Assembly: GCF_001194135.2 (NCBI RefSeq)
Contig: NC_068993.1
Coordinates: 9,042,153-9,093,569, forward strand
Length of the DNA stretch: 51,417 nt
From: Octopus bimaculoides
Taxonomy: Eukaryota
Direction of reading: 5' to 3'
Under the pieces are notes generated by a model. The model saw only the letters and a program-made list of their open reading frames with translations, had not been told where the DNA came from and searched no databases. Shown piece by piece: positions 50,401-51,417 of this stretch (the first letter of the stretch is position 1; every line of letters begins with the position of its first letter). The translations under genes and the position numbers were made by a program.

Positions 50401-50761
50401 TCCTAAAGTGGTGAGTATTTTTTGCATTAGTCACATTTGAAAATTGTCTGGGTCATCATTGTCCTTTTAGCATAAGTTCTGTAGACATTTGTAGAATGAC
50501 TTCTGTATAGCCGTATCTACTTTGAAAACTGTTTATGTTTTCTCCTCTTGTTTGTTTTTGAAAAAGATGCCATGTGATCACAAATGTCCTATGATTTGTC
50601 ACCCTGGAGACTGTTGTCCTAATGGCTGTGAGAAGAGAAAGTCTGTTCGCTGTCCATGTAAACGCAGGAAAAAAGAATTCATCTGTTCAATGGTAACATC
50701 AGGGAAAGCCCAGGTGAAGTGTGACGATGTATGTAGAGAGATTCAATTAAAGCAAAAGCAG
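33546..50761 (+). CDS. NFXL1: NF-X1-type zinc finger protein NFXL1 (multi-exon, 3'-incomplete, one internal exon missing). Coding exons: 33546-33744, 34819-35007, 37092-37204, 38491-38618, 39419-39597, 40347-40508, 41045-41145, 42447-42561, [missing], 44516-44647, 45425-45515, 46849-46969, 47909-48071, 48491-48598, 49572-49703, 50174-50410, 50567-50761
   Basis: All introns are GT-AG and phases are consistent except across the gap. The translation gives an N-terminal GRGRGR motif, an acidic ESDSSEDD patch, a RING/PHD-like domain ([32 protein letters not shown]...WYCPKCR), then tandem NF-X1 fingers (CGxHxCxxxCHxGxCxxC) with NFXL1-typical segments [31 protein letters not shown]...CLGKHE and [11 protein letters not shown]. 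About 2365 coding nt are visible. Confidence 0.95.
34078..34480 (+). mobile_element. SINE family A, full length, in the intron after the first NFXL1 coding exon; partial copy at about 38740-38890
   Basis: High similarity to 3803-4252. Confidence 0.88.
34819..35007 (+). CDS. NFXL1: NFXL1 exon ([15 protein letters not shown]...FEGYSGTY)
   Basis: CTTTTTAG acceptor, G|GTAAAA donor, phase 1-1, 189 nt. Confidence 0.9.
36137..37031 (+). mobile_element. Internally deleted mariner element with both TIRs, in NFXL1 intron 2
   Basis: TIRs CAAGGTGGTATCAAAAAGTTCCAGG / CTTGGAACTTTATGATACCACCTTG; remnants [19 protein letters not shown]...[10 protein letters not shown] and [21 protein letters not shown] (YSPDL-like); stops and frameshifts. 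Confidence 0.88.
37092..37204 (+). CDS. NFXL1: NFXL1 exon (GSGEVNKV...[13 protein letters not shown]), start of the RING/PHD-like domain
   Basis: TTGTAG acceptor, GTAAGT donor, phase 1-0. Confidence 0.92.
37674..37869 (-). mobile_element. SINE family B with a 16-bp TSD
   Basis: Flanks AAGCCTTTTTAATATT (37658-37673) and AAGCCTTTTCAATATT (37870-37885). Confidence 0.85.
38491..38618 (+). CDS. NFXL1: NFXL1 exon ([19 protein letters not shown]...IPWY)
   Basis: TTTATAG acceptor, GTAGGT donor, phase 0-2; missed by the ORF track because it is read in another frame. Confidence 0.93.
39128..39290 (+). mobile_element. RTE-type LINE 3' fragment, same family as 6398-6697
   Basis: PRMRWLDSI motif; aligns by eye with the reverse complement of about 6470-6580. 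Confidence 0.6.
39419..39597 (+). CDS. NFXL1: NFXL1 exon (CPKCRFEY...[15 protein letters not shown]...LCHP)
   Basis: TCTTCTAG acceptor, GTAAGT donor, phase 2-1. Confidence 0.95.
39937..40277 (+). mobile_element. tRNA-headed SINE-like element with a Penelope-type 3' end, hammerhead motif and inverted 5' duplication of its 3' end
   Basis: A box TGGCATAGTGG and B box GTTCGATTC in 40031-40100; (AAT)n spacer; CTGACGA-A-GGCTG..CAGCC-GAAAC at 40186-40218; 39937-40030 is the reverse complement of 40187-40277 with 1 mismatch and one 3-nt indel. Confidence 0.8.
40181..40223 (+). ncRNA. Minimal type-I hammerhead ribozyme motif (this sense copy is probably inactive; a 5'-truncated antisense copy lies at 39991-40030)
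   Basis: Stem I GACAC/GTGTT, core CTGACGA and GAAA, 5-bp stem II GGCTG/CAGCC; the antisense copy keeps the palindromic AACGTT stem III and the GTT triplet. Confidence 0.65.
40347..40508 (+). CDS. NFXL1: NFXL1 exon (GPCPPCPK...[12 protein letters not shown])
   Basis: ATTCAG acceptor, GTAGGC donor, phase 1-1. Confidence 0.95.
41045..41145 (+). CDS. NFXL1: NFXL1 exon ([17 protein letters not shown]...WQCGK)
   Basis: CTTCTAG acceptor, AAG|GTAAAC donor, phase 1-0. Confidence 0.93.
42447..42561 (+). CDS. NFXL1: NFXL1 exon ([18 protein letters not shown]...CPCGKM)
   Basis: CTACAG acceptor, GTAAGT donor, phase 0-1. Confidence 0.95.
42651..42890 (+). mobile_element. SINE family B
   Basis: Similar to family B. 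Confidence 0.85.
43469..43685 (+). mobile_element. SINE family B with a 14-bp TSD
   Basis: TATTTCATGTATTC at 43454-43467 and 43686-43699. Confidence 0.85.
44516..44647 (+). CDS. NFXL1: NFXL1 exon ([11 protein letters not shown]...[12 protein letters not shown])
   Basis: ATTTCAG acceptor, AAG|GTGAAT donor, phase 0-0. Confidence 0.93.
44824..45166 (-). mobile_element. SINE family D (GAAGGCGCATGGCTCAGTGG tRNA-like head) with an 8-bp TSD
   Basis: A/B boxes on the minus strand; GGTTCAAC at 44816-44823 and 45167-45174. Confidence 0.8.
45425..45515 (+). CDS. NFXL1: NFXL1 exon ([30 protein letters not shown])
   Basis: ATCTTAG acceptor, AG|GTAAGT donor, phase 0-1. Confidence 0.95.
46018..46391 (+). 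mobile_element. SINE family C (TGGAGGCGCAATGGCCCAGTGG head, (CAA)n tail) nested in a family B SINE (about 45945-46520)
   Basis: 9-bp TSD ATGTTCTGA at 46009-46017 and 46392-46400; the family B sequence resumes afterwards. Confidence 0.85.
46849..46969 (+). CDS. NFXL1: NFXL1 exon ([10 protein letters not shown]...[18 protein letters not shown])
   Basis: TAAACAG acceptor, GTAAGT donor, phase 1-2. Confidence 0.95.
46996..47380 (-). mobile_element. SINE family A, full length, in an NFXL1 intron
   Basis: Reverse complement of family A. Confidence 0.88.
47909..48071 (+). CDS. NFXL1: NFXL1 exon ([24 protein letters not shown]...KKPINP)
   Basis: Pyrimidine tract followed by GAAAG acceptor, GTACGT donor, phase 2-0. 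Confidence 0.9.
48491..48598 (+). CDS. NFXL1: NFXL1 exon (LLYSNKHK...[18 protein letters not shown])
   Basis: CACCAG acceptor after a long pyrimidine tract, GTAAGC donor, phase 0-0. Confidence 0.9.
49572..49703 (+). CDS. NFXL1: NFXL1 exon ([18 protein letters not shown]...[13 protein letters not shown])
   Basis: TTGCAG acceptor, GTAAGT donor, phase 0-0. Confidence 0.95.
49762..50118 (+). mobile_element. Family D 5' fragment (49762-49884) joined to a head-deleted family C copy (49885-50118)
   Basis: Similar to the reverse complement of about 45040-45166 and to 46075-46300. Confidence 0.8.
50174..50410 (+). CDS. NFXL1: NFXL1 exon ([12 protein letters not shown]...RMRCHC...SCGLDCPKV)
   Basis: ATTTCAG acceptor, GTGAGT donor, phase 0-0. 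Confidence 0.95.
50567..50761 (+). CDS. NFXL1: NFXL1 exon ([16 protein letters not shown]...[12 protein letters not shown]...LKQKQ); remaining exon(s) lie beyond the window
   Basis: GAAAAAG acceptor, CAG|GTAAAA donor, phase 0-0. Confidence 0.92.
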
Positions 50762-51034
50762 GTAAAAATTCATTATCTATTTAATCCATGTATTGCATTT
50801 GATACATTTCCAGTAATTTACTTAATCTTTTTGTACATACATAAAAAAAAAAGTACCAGTAATATATTGGTATTCTTTATAAATTGTATACCTTTGGTTG
50901 GATAATTCACTTTTGAATTAAGTTATAGTATTAATGACTATATGGTCATGAAATAAATACTGCTACTACTACTACTACTACTACTACTATTATTATTATT
51001 ATTATTATTAATTGCTTTATCTACCCTGGTACTA

Positions 51035-51417
51035 CCAGCTATCCGAGTTGATAGTACCAGGGTAGATAAAGCAATTAAGAGTATGAAGACCGAGAAAGCC
51101 CCCGGCCCATCAGGAATCACTGCAGAGATGCTCAAAATATCTGGCAGTGTTGGCTATAGCCTAGTCACCCGTATTACGAACCAGGTGATACACGAAGGAG
51201 TCATACCCAATGACTGGTGTAGCAGCATCATAGTCAACTGCTACAAAGGTAAAGGGGACGCTTTAGATACAAATAATTACAGAGGCATCAAGCTGTTAGA
51301 TCAGGTTATGAAAGTTACAGAGAGGGTCATAGCCCAACTAATTAGGGAGCGAATCAATTTAGATGAGATGCAGTTTGGGTTCGTGCCAGGTAAAAGCACT
51401 ACTGATGCCTTATTTCT
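51035..51417 (+). mobile_element. RTE-clade LINE, 5'-truncated, reverse-transcriptase N-terminal region (runs off the window end)
   Basis: Stop-free frame PAIRVDSTRVDKAIKSMKTEKAPGPSGITAEMLK...WCSSIIVNCYKGKGDALDTNNYRGIKLLDQVMKV...QFGFVPGKSTTDALF, with the KAPG, YRxIxLL and QxGF motifs of non-LTR RTs. Confidence 0.92.

Noticed and set aside
1-51417. CRISPR arrays, rRNA and prokaryote-type operons
   Set aside because: The sequence is eukaryotic and intron-rich; no regularly spaced repeat-spacer array or rRNA similarity was seen.

Overview
AT-rich, repeat-dense animal genomic DNA from a gapped draft assembly. The SINE, MITE and microsatellite content points to an octopod cephalopod (Octopus sp.); this is an inference, not a database result. 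The only protein-coding gene I can firmly support is NFXL1 (NF-X1-type zinc finger protein) on the + strand. I traced 16 GT-AG coding exons from the ATG at 33546 to 50761. One internal exon is missing and probably lies in the N gap at 43049-43271, and the 3' end is outside the window. Nearly all other ORFs in the track are artefacts of microsatellites, gaps or SINEs. The rest of the window holds several tRNA-derived SINE families, three Tc1/mariner-superfamily relics, piggyBac-, hAT- and Tc2-like MITEs, RTE and L2/CR1-like LINE fragments, and many fold-back elements. The top finding is a tRNA-headed SINE-like element in NFXL1 intron 5 that carries a minimal type-I hammerhead ribozyme motif and has the inverted 5' terminal duplication typical of Penelope-like elements. 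There are also splice-signal hints of an unidentified minus-strand gene with short phase-2 exons, transcribed divergently from NFXL1. SINE coordinates are approximate (about +/-10 nt). Exon and inverted-repeat coordinates were counted by hand.
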